Positions 40,261 to 50,744 of a stretch of 64,000 bases of DNA are shown here, in pieces. The stretch is from an uncultured Verrucomicrobiae bacterium (GTDB lineage Bacteria > Verrucomicrobiota > Verrucomicrobiia > Palsa-1439), in contig CAWJFL010000022.1 in the NCBI GenBank assembly GCA_963842185.1, positions 15,642 through 79,641 on the forward strand, written 5' to 3'. Every line of letters begins with the position of its first letter. Within the stretch, counting starts at the first letter, position 1. The position numbers and the translations under genes were made by a program. Below the pieces are notes generated by a model that was given only the letters and a program-made list of their open reading frames with translations, had not been told where the DNA came from and searched no databases.

Positions 40261-41991
40261 ATGAAAGTTCGGTGGATGCCGTGGCTTCTGGCAGGATTGC
40301 TGTTGGCGGTGATGGTCGGGCTGCTGCTGGGTCCGATCCGCCAGGACAGCGCGACGGTCGATGAGACATCGTTCCAAAGCGCCGGGTACAGTGACCTGGA
40401 GGGGTACAAATTCTATTTTGACCCCGAGAGCCCGTCGTTGTCCCAGATCTGGCCGGCCGTACCGTTGTTGTTCATGGACGTAAAACTCTCCGACGCCGGG
40501 AAAGCCCTGCTGGATCGGCAGGCGGGATACCCCTGGACCGTGCCGTGGTATGGCGAACCGGCGGCGGTGCAATCCCTGTTCCCGCAAGGCCGCAACAGTT
40601 GGTATTTCTGGCCGAAGCCCGAGGCGCAAATCTTCGGTCAAATCCTGGTCTATGGAGGCCAGAACGACGGGGAGACGATGATGTTCGCGGGACGAGTCAT
40701 GCAACTGTTCGTCACGATGGCGCTGGGCGTATTGATATTCGTCTGGACCCGCCGGGCTTCACAAAACGATCTGGCCGCGCTTGTCGCGTTGGCGCTCTGG
40801 GTATTCAACCCCAACGCGCTGGCGTACGGGCACATCATCACGACCGATATCAACGGGGCGTTGGCGATTCCCCTGGCGGTGTTTCTGTTCACGCGGTTCC
40901 TCCAGCAACCCAGCGTGAAGACCGCGGCGGTGGCGGGTGCCGGCCTCGGGTTCGCATTCCTGATGAAGTTTAACACGCTGTCTCTCGGGCCCATCTGCAT
41001 TGTGCTGGCGGCTTGGTTTTGGAAGAACCTGAAGGCCGCCAAACAGCCATGGATCAAACCGGCGCTCGCGATGGCCGCCGCAGCCTGGCTGGTCGTCTTG
41101 CTTGGCTATTTTCCGGTGTGGTCGCCCGCCCCATCGATCTCGACCGAGCAGGCGTCCGTCCTCGGCGTTCCCGGCTGGTTCCAGGCACTTCGACCGCTGC
41201 TTATCCCGCGGGATTTCTTCAAGGGCGTGGCGCTGGTATTGGGCCACTCACAAGGTGGACACGAAGCCTATTTTCTGGGCGAATGGTCGAAACAAGGCTG
41301 GTGGTATTATTTCCCCGTGGTCTTCGCCCTGAAATCGCCCCTGGCCTTTCTCGTGGCCCTGCTGATCGGGATCGGCGTTGCCGCGACCCGTTGGAAAAAG
41401 CTCGGTCTTTATGAAAAAACTCCCTGGATCGCCGGTGCCGCGTATTTCGGCCTCGCGATGACCAGCAGCATCAATATCGGAGTGCGTCATCTGCTGCCGG
41501 TGGTTCCGCTGGTATGCGTGGGCGTGGGCTGTTCACTGGCCCGAATCGAGAGGCGGGCGGCCCGATACGCCGTGATTGCCTTGGTGGCGTGGGAGGCGGT
41601 CGTGGCGGTGGCGGTTTACCCGTGTTTCCTGCAGTTCTTCAACGAAGCCGCCGGTGGCGCTTCCAACGGCTACAAGTATGCGCTGGATTCCAACTTCGAT
41701 TGGGGACAGGACGCCAAACGGCTGAAGAAATTCCTCGAAGACCGTGGCATCACGCACATTTACCTGGATTACTTCGGGACACAATACAGCATCGAGTACC
41801 TCAAGATCCCGAACACCCGCGTGAGCGCGGACCAGGCGCGACAGATCAAGGATGGATGGCTTGTGGTTTCCGCGTCGGAACTGATGCGGCCGGAATGGGC
41901 CTGGCTCCGTGAATCGCGGGAACCGACCGCGCGCGTGGCCGACACACTGTTCGTCTACCAAATCAGCGCGCCGACAATCCCCGCGCAATGA
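40261..41991 (+). CDS. ArnT/PMT-like (GT-C) polytopic glycosyltransferase, paralog 2
   Basis: ATVDE motif, GWWYYFP, NIGVRH, DSNFDWGQ, HIYLDYFG; same layout as paralog 1. Confidence 0.85.
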   Translation: MKVRWMPWLLAGLLLAVMVGLLLGPIRQDSATVDETSFQSAGYSDLEGYKFYFDPESPSLSQIWPAVPLLFMDVKLSDAGKALLDRQAGYPWTVPWYGEPAAVQSLFPQGRNSWYFWPKPEAQIFGQILVYGGQNDGETMMFAGRVMQLFVTMALGVLIFVWTRRASQNDLAALVALALWVFNPNALAYGHIITTDINGALAIPLAVFLFTRFLQQPSVKTAAVAGAGLGFAFLMKFNTLSLGPICIVLAAWFWKNLKAAKQPWIKPALAMAAAAWLVVLLGYFPVWSPAPSISTEQASVLGVPGWFQALRPLLIPRDFFKGVALVLGHSQGGHEAYFLGEWSKQGWWYYFPVVFALKSPLAFLVALLIGIGVAATRWKKLGLYEKTPWIAGAAYFGLAMTSSINIGVRHLLPVVPLVCVGVGCSLARIERRAARYAVIALVAWEAVVAVAVYPCFLQFFNEAAGGASNGYKYALDSNFDWGQDAKRLKKFLEDRGITHIYLDYFGTQYSIEYLKIPNTRVSADQARQIKDGWLVVSASELMRPEWAWLRESREPTARVADTLFVYQISAPTIPAQ

Positions 41992-42045
41992 TCGTTCCCT
42001 GCGCTGGCCTCGCCCGGTTCGTCGAGGCCGATGCGGACACCGGCA

Positions 42046-43527
42046 TCACGCCCCACGAGCGGCCGCGCGGGGAGATCCCGGTCGGTGGGCGTTGCCAATC
42101 TCCGGCGCCACCTCCGAGGCGGGGAGCTTCTTCCAAATCGTCCACGCATCATCCGCGCACTTGGCCAGGATCAACCACAACGGTGTCAGCATCACAAACG
42201 TGAACCGTTCCATGGCGATCTCCAACGCGGGCAGCGTGATGTCCCAACGGGAAGCCAGGAATACGCAGGAGATTCCGATGGCGTGAATGACAAATACGAC
42301 CAGCAGACATACCCACGGGGCACGCCATACCGAGCGGTTGACAAGCAGGCAGAACACGAGGATCGGCCAGAGAAAATTCCATTTTGGCAAGTGAACCTGA
42401 TTGTTCCAGTTAACGGCGTTGGCGAACAACACCTGTATCAACGCCGGAATCTGGCCCCAACGGATCGCCGAGAGACTGACCCCGCTAAAATCCCAGCTCC
42501 AATCCTTGATGCCGCGCTGAAACAGCAACCACGGCAAGGCCCAGATCACGGCGATGACCGCAAACACGACGAGCTGGCCGAGCAGCCGCTTCCAATTCGA
42601 TCGCTGGGCGACAAATATGTAAACGCCTCCGGCACACAACAGCGCCGCAAAAATAATCTGCCCTTCCTGTTTGGTAAATAGCGCGCCCCCCATCAGAAAC
42701 GCGGACAGCCATAGTGAGTCACGGCGCTGATGGTTCATCCAATCGAACATGCCAAACAACGAGGCACCGAATATCACCATCAAGGTGACGTCCGATTGGC
42801 CGCATTCGGCGTAGTGAACCAGAGCGGGGAGCGACGCCATGATCGCCGTGACCGTGAGTGCGACCGTACGGGCAACGTACCGGCGAAGCGTCCAGTACAT
42901 GAGGGTGCTGAATACAATCAGATTCACCGGGTTGAGAATCAACATGCCCAAATCGTCCCAGCTTCCCAAAACCGTGCACACCCAGGCGTACATGAACGGC
43001 CAGAGCAACGGATAATTGGGATGGGAGAACGCGTACTCCGGTTTGTAGAAGTAGTCCGAGGTCTTGACGGTGCTATAAAACAGGACTTTGGCCTTGATGC
43101 CCCAGACGCAGACGCCGTCCCAGTCGTTCAGAGGCGCCAGCAGACTGGCCAGCGTGCGCGCACCAAGGCTGAGAACAATGATGACGAGTAACAGCCACTC
43201 GAACTCCGTGAGCCGCTGCGCTGGTTGCCGGGCGTTGGCCCCCGCCTGACAGAATTTCCGCGGCGAAACGCGACGCAATCCGGCCGCAATTATGAGGCTG
43301 ATCATCACGAGCGACGTGATGACAGCCGTGTCGAGAAACACCCCGAAGTACGAGAGCAGGAACATGGGCATGCCGAGCGCCGCCAAGCCCAGCGGATAAC
43401 AATAGGCCATCCGCTCCCAGCGGGCATAGTACTCCAGGTCTCGCACGATCGCGCAAAACACCGCCGCGCCGGCGGCGAAAATCACGGCGATGGCAAATAA
43501 TTCAAAGGGCAGGTTGTTGAGTGGCAT
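42046..43527 (-). CDS. Polytopic membrane protein, probable GT-C glycosyltransferase
   Basis: More than 10 TM helices; NDWDG..VWGIKAK loop, HPNYPLL, FTKQEG. Confidence 0.7.
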   Translation of the reverse strand: MPLNNLPFELFAIAVIFAAGAAVFCAIVRDLEYYARWERMAYCYPLGLAALGMPMFLLSYFGVFLDTAVITSLVMISLIIAAGLRRVSPRKFCQAGANARQPAQRLTEFEWLLLVIIVLSLGARTLASLLAPLNDWDGVCVWGIKAKVLFYSTVKTSDYFYKPEYAFSHPNYPLLWPFMYAWVCTVLGSWDDLGMLILNPVNLIVFSTLMYWTLRRYVARTVALTVTAIMASLPALVHYAECGQSDVTLMVIFGASLFGMFDWMNHQRRDSLWLSAFLMGGALFTKQEGQIIFAALLCAGGVYIFVAQRSNWKRLLGQLVVFAVIAVIWALPWLLFQRGIKDWSWDFSGVSLSAIRWGQIPALIQVLFANAVNWNNQVHLPKWNFLWPILVFCLLVNRSVWRAPWVCLLVVFVIHAIGISCVFLASRWDITLPALEIAMERFTFVMLTPLWLILAKCADDAWTIWKKLPASEVAPEIGNAHRPGSPRAAARGA

Positions 43528-44011
43528 TTGTGTCCTCTGTCTGGGACAACGCCGCGCCAATTCCGGGACGCACTTCCCATACTCGCCCGCCATTCTTGAA
43601 GTTCATCACGTAGCCCACGCCATTGGTGATCAGCCAGCTTTCAGTTGGTTTCTCGTTCCAATTCGCGTACTCCTCGTCCGTGCGGTACAGGCCGTTGGTC
43701 ATCGTCACCCTCACCAACCGCGGATAGAAATAGTACACGCAGTTCCAGTGCACGAGGGGTTGCGGATACATCAGATACATCCGCGCGTTCATCGGGAACC
43801 GTTCCGCAACCGACTTGAATGTGCTCCCGGGCTGCCAGACAACCGCTCGCCGTTCCTCCAGCTTCTTTCCCCACAATACCTCGGCCCGATGAATGGGATC
43901 CCCTAGCCCGACGAAAAACAACGAGACCTGTATGAGCAACGCCAACAGCACCAGGGAAGCCAGGATGCGCTGGGTCATACTGATGGCCGGTTGTGGTTCC
44001 GTCTGACTCAT
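43502..44011 (-). CDS. Membrane-anchored hypothetical protein
   Basis: N-terminal TM helix; overlaps the downstream gene in operon fashion. Confidence 0.6.
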   Translation of the reverse strand: MSQTEPQPAISMTQRILASLVLLALLIQVSLFFVGLGDPIHRAEVLWGKKLEERRAVVWQPGSTFKSVAERFPMNARMYLMYPQPLVHWNCVYYFYPRLVRVTMTNGLYRTDEEYANWNEKPTESWLITNGVGYVMNFKNGGRVWEVRPGIGAALSQTEDTNATQQPAL

Positions 44012-44078
44012 CTGGTTGGCGAGTATACCGGAGGGGTGACGTGCCGGCAATCTTCATCAACCGTAGTACAGGATGCAC

Positions 44079-45548
44079 TCACGGCGTGAGATTGACCGAT
44101 TCATGCCGCCGAAATACGAACACGTTGTTCTCGTTGAGAATCAACTCGTAATTCGTGTTCGTGTAGTAGGACATCACCAAATCGCGGCTGACCGCATCCA
44201 GGGGAAATCTCCGTTCGTTCCCATTCAAAATGATGTAATCGAGATCATACATCTTTTCTTTCGGCCACGTGTCCTGTCGAAGAACCGTGGGATTGAACTG
44301 TTGCATGATCACCGCGGCTTCCCGGTCCGCAAAATGTCCAATCATCGTATGCGGCGCCAGCACGGATTTCGAGGACGGCACCAGTTCACGCGCCTTTTCC
44401 AGCGTCTCGTAAGCGTCCGGGTACCGGTAGTCCTCCAGATTAAACCACAAGGGCCAGCTTCCGATGGACAGTACGCACATCCCGAACGCGAGAATGATGC
44501 GCCCTTCCGTCCAACCAAACTTCTTGTTGAGCCAGCCCGCCCATTGGTTCAGCCCCAACAGGGCCGCCACGCAGAGCATGGCTCCCGTGGTCGGGTTGAA
44601 ATGCCACGCCACCACGCGAAACGCGCTGTCCGGTATCACCAGATTCGTCCCCAAGCTCGGTGCCGCCACCAGCCATCCCCAACTCCCAAAGGGAATCAGC
44701 AGCAACAGCGGCTGCAACATTTCCACCAGATAGATCAACCGGTCGGGACTCGTCAGGATCTCCAGGAAATACTGCGGTCGACGAAGAAGCGTCAGGAGCG
44801 CTTCGCCGGGGGTGTTTCCCAGTTCCCCAAAATAGCTCCCCACGAAATACGCTTTGCCCGCGGAAAAATGCGGGGTCGCCATGTGGAACACAAACGCCGT
44901 ATAGATCATGGCCAGCGCCAACGGGGCAACGCACCACTTGGCGCCGCGCCGCGAAACAAGTGCGTACACCGCAATCCCCACCACCGTAATGAAGATATTC
45001 TCCACGGCGCTCATCGCCAGAAGCACGCAAACCAAAAACCCCCAGAACCTCTTTTCCTCCAGGCACAACAAGGCTCCCATCAGGAACGGCAGCGCAAAGT
45101 GTTCAAAGTGGATCTGATTCACGTGATTGGTGACGACGGAGGGGTAAAACAAATACGCGACGGTCATCAAGGACGCCGCCCTCAGGTCCCCCGTGACGCG
45201 CCTCGCCAGACAAAAAAATACGAGTCCCGAGACGGAGATCATCAGGGTTTGCACGAGGAACAGCGTATAGGCGCTCGGTGCGAGCGCGAACACGGGCACG
45301 AATAGCAGCATCACGTAGGTCGCGTGAATCCCCAGATGGCTCATCCCCATATATGTCGAGTAAAAGAGCCGTCCGTGGATCGTGTGCCAAAAGGCGTTGA
45401 CCAGAATCGCCGTGTCCCCACTGTTGGAATTCATCGCCACGAATTTCCGACAGGCCAGTGCGAAAAAGACCAGACTGTAGATCGCGAAAAACACCCAGAT
45501 GGATTTTGGAATCGAGGGGAACCATCGACGTCCCTTGGGGGTATCCAT
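44079..45548 (-). CDS. DUF2079-like membrane protein (predicted GT-C)
   Basis: GDTAILVNAFW, HLGIHA, FHFEHF-like QIHFEHF, many TM helices, C-terminal periplasmic domain. Confidence 0.75.
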   Translation of the reverse strand: MDTPKGRRWFPSIPKSIWVFFAIYSLVFFALACRKFVAMNSNSGDTAILVNAFWHTIHGRLFYSTYMGMSHLGIHATYVMLLFVPVFALAPSAYTLFLVQTLMISVSGLVFFCLARRVTGDLRAASLMTVAYLFYPSVVTNHVNQIHFEHFALPFLMGALLCLEEKRFWGFLVCVLLAMSAVENIFITVVGIAVYALVSRRGAKWCVAPLALAMIYTAFVFHMATPHFSAGKAYFVGSYFGELGNTPGEALLTLLRRPQYFLEILTSPDRLIYLVEMLQPLLLLIPFGSWGWLVAAPSLGTNLVIPDSAFRVVAWHFNPTTGAMLCVAALLGLNQWAGWLNKKFGWTEGRIILAFGMCVLSIGSWPLWFNLEDYRYPDAYETLEKARELVPSSKSVLAPHTMIGHFADREAAVIMQQFNPTVLRQDTWPKEKMYDLDYIILNGNERRFPLDAVSRDLVMSYYTNTNYELILNENNVFVFRRHESVNLTP

Positions 45549-45656
45549 GCCGGTAACCGTAACAAAATCACCCAGCACTGGAAACGTTTTTTTGTGATTC
45601 GGGAAAATGCCTTGCCAATCCCTGCGCCCCTCGCTAGGTTTCGGTGCAATGTCCCT

Positions 45657-46379
45657 ATGGTCGAAGGCAAAACCCTAGTCGTCGTTCTTCCCGCCTACGA
45701 GGCAGCCAAAACCCTTGAACGCACGGTCTCAGAGATTCCGCAGCAGATTGTCGATGAAATCATCCTGGTCGACGACGCCAGCCGCGACCATACGGCCCAG
45801 ATTGCACGGCACCTGGGATTGCGCACGATTGTGCACCAGCGAAACCTCGGGTACGGCGGAAACCAAAAGACCTGCTACCGTGAAGCCCTGAATCGCGGGG
45901 CCGAGATCGTCGTCATGCTGCATCCCGACTACCAATACTCTCCCCGGTTGCTGGGTGCCATCGCCTACTCCGCCGCCAGCGGTCACTACGATGTCGTGCT
46001 GGGTTCCCGCATTCTGGCCCAAAGCGCCGTCACCGGCGGCATGCCGGTCTACAAGTACATTTCTAACCGCATCCTGACGTTCCTCCAGAACGTGATCATG
46101 AACCAAAAGCTTTCCGAGTATCACACGGGATATCGGGCCTTCACGCGCCGCGTGCTCGAAACCCTGCCACTCGAGAGCTACTCCAACGATTTCGTCTTTG
46201 ACAATCAAATGCTCTGCGGCGCCATTGCGGCCGGATTTCGCGTCGGAGAGATTTCGTGCCCGACACGCTACTTCTCCGAAGCGAGTTCCATCAACTTTCG
46301 TCGCAGCGTCGTCTATGGCCTCGGCTGCCTGCGGTGCGCCTGGCAAAACAACCGCTGGCGCCACCCCCACAAACCATGA
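45657..46379 (+). CDS. GT2 glycosyltransferase (polyprenol-phosphate glycosyltransferase-like)
   Basis: VLPAYEAA, VDDAS.D, NLGYGG, HPDYQY, SEYHTGYRAF. Confidence 0.9.
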   Translation: MVEGKTLVVVLPAYEAAKTLERTVSEIPQQIVDEIILVDDASRDHTAQIARHLGLRTIVHQRNLGYGGNQKTCYREALNRGAEIVVMLHPDYQYSPRLLGAIAYSAASGHYDVVLGSRILAQSAVTGGMPVYKYISNRILTFLQNVIMNQKLSEYHTGYRAFTRRVLETLPLESYSNDFVFDNQMLCGAIAAGFRVGEISCPTRYFSEASSINFRRSVVYGLGCLRCAWQNNRWRHPHKP

Positions 46380-47287
46380 CACCGTGCCCTCTCTGCCAGG
46401 GAACCAACGCCGTTCACTTCCTGCGCGCCCGCGACCACGCCAGCGGCGACTGGTTCGACCTGAACCAGTGCCGGGACTGCGGCCTCATCTTCCTCGCCGA
46501 CGTCCCCGCCGACATCGGACGCTACTACCATGCGTACTACCGCCGCTATCAGCCATGGATGCAGCAGATTTTCCGGGCGGCGTATCGCGCCCACGCCCGG
46601 AAATGGTCTCATGACATGCAACGGAAGGGGCGCGCGCTCGAAATTGGCTGCGGCGAAGGGTGGATGCTGGCCGCCTTGCGCGACGAAGGCTGGGAGACCG
46701 TCGGCCTGGAACGCTCTGCCGAGACGGCTGAATTCGCCACGCGAGTCCAGGGCCTGAAGGTCGTCGTCGGCGAACTCGACGCTCTCAAGTCGGAGGGAGC
46801 GTTCGATCTTATCTTTATGCACCACGTGCTGGAGCACCTGCCCGATATGATGGCCGCACTGCGTGTCTGCACCAGCTTGCTCAAGCCGGACGGTGTGCTC
46901 CTGGTGACGGTTCCCAATGTCGCGAGCTGGCAGTTCCAAGTCTCCGGGCAGCATTGGTTTCATCTCGACGTCCCGCGCCACATCGTCCAACTCGCACCGG
47001 CGACCCTGGCGGAAGCGATGAAACGCGTGGGATTGCAGACCCACGCCGTCCGCTTCGTGTCGTTTGATCAGGATCCGTTTGGGTGGATGGTCAGCCTGTT
47101 GAATCGCTGCGGTTTCCCGCAAACGCGCTGGCTCCACTGGCTGGCAGGACGCGACCGGGAATTCTCGCCGGCCAACGTGGCCATGCTCTTGCTGTCGCCA
47201 CCACTGCTGGCCGTGGGCTTCCTGCTCGCGCCGCTGAGTTGGCTGGCCGGCAAAGGCGCCTGCGTGGAAGTACGCGCGGGCAAATGA
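46376..47287 (+). CDS. Class I SAM-dependent methyltransferase with N-terminal Cys motif
   Basis: CPLC...CRDCG, LEIGCGEG, HVLEH, LDVPRH. Confidence 0.88.
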   Translation: MTPCPLCQGTNAVHFLRARDHASGDWFDLNQCRDCGLIFLADVPADIGRYYHAYYRRYQPWMQQIFRAAYRAHARKWSHDMQRKGRALEIGCGEGWMLAALRDEGWETVGLERSAETAEFATRVQGLKVVVGELDALKSEGAFDLIFMHHVLEHLPDMMAALRVCTSLLKPDGVLLVTVPNVASWQFQVSGQHWFHLDVPRHIVQLAPATLAEAMKRVGLQTHAVRFVSFDQDPFGWMVSLLNRCGFPQTRWLHWLAGRDREFSPANVAMLLLSPPLLAVGFLLAPLSWLAGKGACVEVRAGK

Positions 47288-47314
47288 CCGGCTCGCTCGA
47301 TACACCGATATCCG

Positions 47315-48088
47315 TTACAACGGGTTGGCGGCCACCTTCGTGTACCGCGCCCGCAAGCTGATGAACTGTCGGCCGGGACTGATCTTCCACTTGTACAACA
47401 GGAACCGCGCTGTCAACGTGAGTATCTTCAGACCGTACACGACGCTGGCTGTAAAGCTCGCCGACGACGCCTCGGGAAAATACCGTGTCGGCACGCCGAT
47501 CTCCGCGATACGGAACCGTGCCGCCACGACCTGGGCGATGATCTCCTGGTCGAAAATGAACCCATCGGAATCGATCGAGTAATTGACCGACTCCAGGACC
47601 TCTTTGCGAAACGCCCGATAGCCCGTGTGATATTCGGAGAGATCCAACCCGAACGTTGTGTTCTCCACCCAGGTCAGAAACCGGTTGGAGAAGTATTTCC
47701 ACCACGGCATCCCCTGTTGCAGCGCCGTACCGCCCTTGAGCCGTGAACCCAGGACGACGTCCGCCTCTCCCTTGTTGATCGGTTCCACGATCTGCGGCAC
47801 GAGGCGGGGGTCATATTGATAATCCGGATGCACCATCACCACGATGTCCGCACCCGCCTTTAACGCCTCCGTATAGCAGGTCTTTTGATTGGCGCCATAC
47901 CCGTAATTCCGATCGTGCATGAAGACTTCCAGGTTCAGCTCGCGCGCAATCTTCAAGGTTTCGTCCGTCGAGCCGTCGTCCACCAAAATCACCGTGCTTA
48001 CCGTGTCCTTGGGCAGTTCCTCGTACGTCATTCGCAGTGTGCGTCCGGCGTTATAGGCAGGCATGACGACGATGACCTTGGGTTTCAT
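47315..48088 (-). CDS. GT2 glycosyltransferase (polyprenol-phosphate glycosyltransferase-like)
   Basis: VMPAYNA, VDDGS.D, NYGYGAN, HPDYQYD, SEYHTGYRAF. Confidence 0.9.
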   Translation of the reverse strand: MKPKVIVVMPAYNAGRTLRMTYEELPKDTVSTVILVDDGSTDETLKIARELNLEVFMHDRNYGYGANQKTCYTEALKAGADIVVMVHPDYQYDPRLVPQIVEPINKGEADVVLGSRLKGGTALQQGMPWWKYFSNRFLTWVENTTFGLDLSEYHTGYRAFRKEVLESVNYSIDSDGFIFDQEIIAQVVAARFRIAEIGVPTRYFPEASSASFTASVVYGLKILTLTARFLLYKWKISPGRQFISLRARYTKVAANPL

Positions 48089-48837
48089 GACGTCTTTCTC
48101 GGCCGGGCCACCGCCACAAATTGGTACCCGAACATCGTCTTCCAGCATCTCGCGACCGCGGCGTTCACCGCGTGCAGGGCTTTCAACCATCCACCGTGGT
48201 AACGCGGCGGCACAACCAACAGCAGCGGCACCGGGGTCGCGACAATCTCCTCCCACTCCAGCCCGGCGTCACGAAGAAATTCCTCGAAGGTATGCAGCGT
48301 GAAAAATCGCAGATGGGTCCGGTCGAGAATTCCACGGTCCGCGTACTCGAACTGGCCAAAAAGCAGGCTCAGCCGAATCCACACATGGGCCAGGTTCGGC
48401 ACGGACACGATCACGCGGCCGTGCGGACACAATGAACGATTGAACCCCCGGAACACCTCCATCGGATTGCGCAGGTGCTCCAGGATGTCGCCGTACACGA
48501 TCACGTCGAACTGCCCGTTTAATCGTGGCAACGGCTTGTCCAAGTCGGCCACAATCATCTCATGGCACTTGTCCTTGCCCAGCGCCGCCAGTTCCGCGCT
48601 GCCTTCCACGCACGTCACTTCGAATCCACGCTCGGTGAATTTCTGCGCGAGCACACCCTGCGCCGAACCGACATCCAGCAACCGGCGCCCCTTGCCTTCA
48701 CCGACCCGGGCCAAAATCACCGAGTGGCTTGAATACGGGTCGCTGATCTTCGATTGGTAGGTAAGCCCCGCCGTCGGATAATACGCGTCGGTATTTGGCT
48801 GGGTCTTGTTCGTCTGACCGCTTTTCCCCACGGACAT
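48085..48837 (-). CDS. Class I SAM-dependent methyltransferase
   Basis: LLDVGSAQG, GDILEHL, SVPN, GILDRTHLRFF. Confidence 0.88.
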   Translation of the reverse strand: MSVGKSGQTNKTQPNTDAYYPTAGLTYQSKISDPYSSHSVILARVGEGKGRRLLDVGSAQGVLAQKFTERGFEVTCVEGSAELAALGKDKCHEMIVADLDKPLPRLNGQFDVIVYGDILEHLRNPMEVFRGFNRSLCPHGRVIVSVPNLAHVWIRLSLLFGQFEYADRGILDRTHLRFFTLHTFEEFLRDAGLEWEEIVATPVPLLLVVPPRYHGGWLKALHAVNAAVARCWKTMFGYQFVAVARPRKTS

Positions 48838-48987
48838 ACGCGTGTAAGGAGCCGCAACACGAATCCAAAGTCAAGCTCGATGATTCCGTCAGTTGCCCAG
48901 CGTTGACTTGAGCCAGCCGCTTGGCTACTCTCCCGCGCCATGACACCGAACCAGTTCGCGGCATCGGATTTGCTTTAGGTACCCGTT

Positions 48988-49740
48988 ATGAAAGGCATCA
49001 TTCTCGCCGGCGGTCTGGGCACGCGGCTTGCCCCATTGACCAAGATCACCAACAAACATCTTCTGCCGATTTACGACAAGCCGATGATTTTCTATCCCAT
49101 CCAGACGCTCGTCGATGCGGGCGTGCGTGACCTGCTCATTGTCACGGGCGGCAATAACGCGGGCGACTTCCTGCGTCTGCTCGGCAACGGTAGTGCTTTC
49201 AATCTACCCCACATCAATTACACCTACCAGGAAGGCGAAGGTGGGATTGCCGACGCACTGCGCCTCGCGGAACACTTCGCCGACGGCGAGAAGATCGTTG
49301 TCATGCTGGGCGATAACGTCATCGAGAAGGACATTCGCGCCGGCGTCGCGGCATTCCGCAAACAAAAGCGCGGCGCCCGCGTCTACCTGAAGGAAGTGGC
49401 CAATCCCCGCGCCTACGGCGTGGCCGAATTACGCGGCCAGCACATCGTCAGCATCGTCGAGAAACCCAGTCATCCAAAATCCAACCTCGCGGTGATCGGC
49501 ATTTACATGTACGACCCCGCCGTCTTCGACATCATCCGCACCTTGAAACCGTCCGGCCGCGGCGAGCTCGAAATCACCGATGTCAACAATGCCTACATCA
49601 AGCGGCGCCAACTGTCCTACGACGTCCTCGACGGTTGGTGGGCCGACGCCGGCGCCTCTCATGAGAAACTTTTGGAAACCAGCCTGCTCGTCGCCCAACG
49701 TGACGGCATGAAATTTAGCGTCTCGCGAGGAAAGAACTGA
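48988..49740 (+). CDS. rmlA: Glucose-1-phosphate thymidylyltransferase (short form)
   Basis: GIILAGGLGTRL.P, KHLLPIYDKPM, LGDN, RGELEITD. Confidence 0.9.
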   Translation: MKGIILAGGLGTRLAPLTKITNKHLLPIYDKPMIFYPIQTLVDAGVRDLLIVTGGNNAGDFLRLLGNGSAFNLPHINYTYQEGEGGIADALRLAEHFADGEKIVVMLGDNVIEKDIRAGVAAFRKQKRGARVYLKEVANPRAYGVAELRGQHIVSIVEKPSHPKSNLAVIGIYMYDPAVFDIIRTLKPSGRGELEITDVNNAYIKRRQLSYDVLDGWWADAGASHEKLLETSLLVAQRDGMKFSVSRGKN

Positions 49741-50744
49741 TGCGCGTCCTCGTCACCGGCGGCGCCGGCTTCATCGGCTCGCATTTCGTGAAGTTTGCAT
49801 TGCGAGCCCATCCGGATTGGCACGTCACCAATCTCGACAAGCTCAGCTACGCGGGCAATCTCGACAACCTGACCGATCTCGCCGATCCCACTCGCCATCA
49901 ATTCGTCAAGGGCGATATTGCCGACCACGAATTGGTCACCAAGCTCTGGAGTCACGGGATCGATATCGTCGTCAATTTTGCCGCCGAGACGCATGTGGAC
50001 CGTTCGATCCTGTGGGCCGATGATTTCATCAAGACCGACGTGCTGGGCGCGTTCACGCTCCTCGAAGCCGCCCGCCAATTCGGTGTGAAGAAGTTCATCC
50101 AGGTTTCGACCGACGAAGTCTACGGCAGCATCGCCAGCGGCAGTTTCACGGAAGAATCCCCCCTCAACCCCCGCAACCCCTACTCCGCCAGCAAAGCGGG
50201 CGCGGACCGGCTCGCCTATGCGTATTTCACCACGCATAACGTGCCCGTCACGATCACCCGCTGCTCGAACAACTTTGGCCCCAACCAATACCCCGAAAAA
50301 TTCATACCGCTGTTCATCACCAACGCGCTTGAAAGCAAACCGCTGCCGCTGTACGGCGACGGCCGCAATGTCCGTGACTGGATTTACGCCGAAGACCACT
50401 GCGCGGCCATTGATTTCCTCATTACCCACGGCAAGACAGGCGAGACATACAACATTGCCGGCGGCAACGAGGTCGAAAATATCGAGATCGCCCGCGCCAT
50501 CGTCCGCAAGCTGGGCAAGCCCGAGACGCTAATCCAACTCGTCAAGGACCGGCCCGGCCACGACCGACGGTATTCTCTCGATGCGAGCAAACTGGCCACG
50601 CTCGGTTGGCGCCCCAACCGCGATTTCCCCCACGCGCTCGACGAGACGATTGACTGGTACGTCCAGAACGAGTCGTGGTGGCGCAAGATCAAGAGCGGCG
50701 AGTTCAAAAAGTATTACGCCGCCCAGTACGGCTCGCGGCTGTGA
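49740..50744 (+). CDS. rmlB: dTDP-glucose 4,6-dehydratase
   Basis: VTGGAGFIG, NLDKLSYAGN, AAETHVDRSI, STDEVYG, YSASK, NNFGP.Q.PEK, DRPGHD.RY. Confidence 0.95.
   Translation: MRVLVTGGAGFIGSHFVKFALRAHPDWHVTNLDKLSYAGNLDNLTDLADPTRHQFVKGDIADHELVTKLWSHGIDIVVNFAAETHVDRSILWADDFIKTDVLGAFTLLEAARQFGVKKFIQVSTDEVYGSIASGSFTEESPLNPRNPYSASKAGADRLAYAYFTTHNVPVTITRCSNNFGPNQYPEKFIPLFITNALESKPLPLYGDGRNVRDWIYAEDHCAAIDFLITHGKTGETYNIAGGNEVENIEIARAIVRKLGKPETLIQLVKDRPGHDRRYSLDASKLATLGWRPNRDFPHALDETIDWYVQNESWWRKIKSGEFKKYYAAQYGSRL

Noticed and set aside
44073-45305. Long plus-strand ORFs across the glycosylation locus and other GC-rich genes
   Set aside because: Antisense shadows expected from high GC3 codon bias
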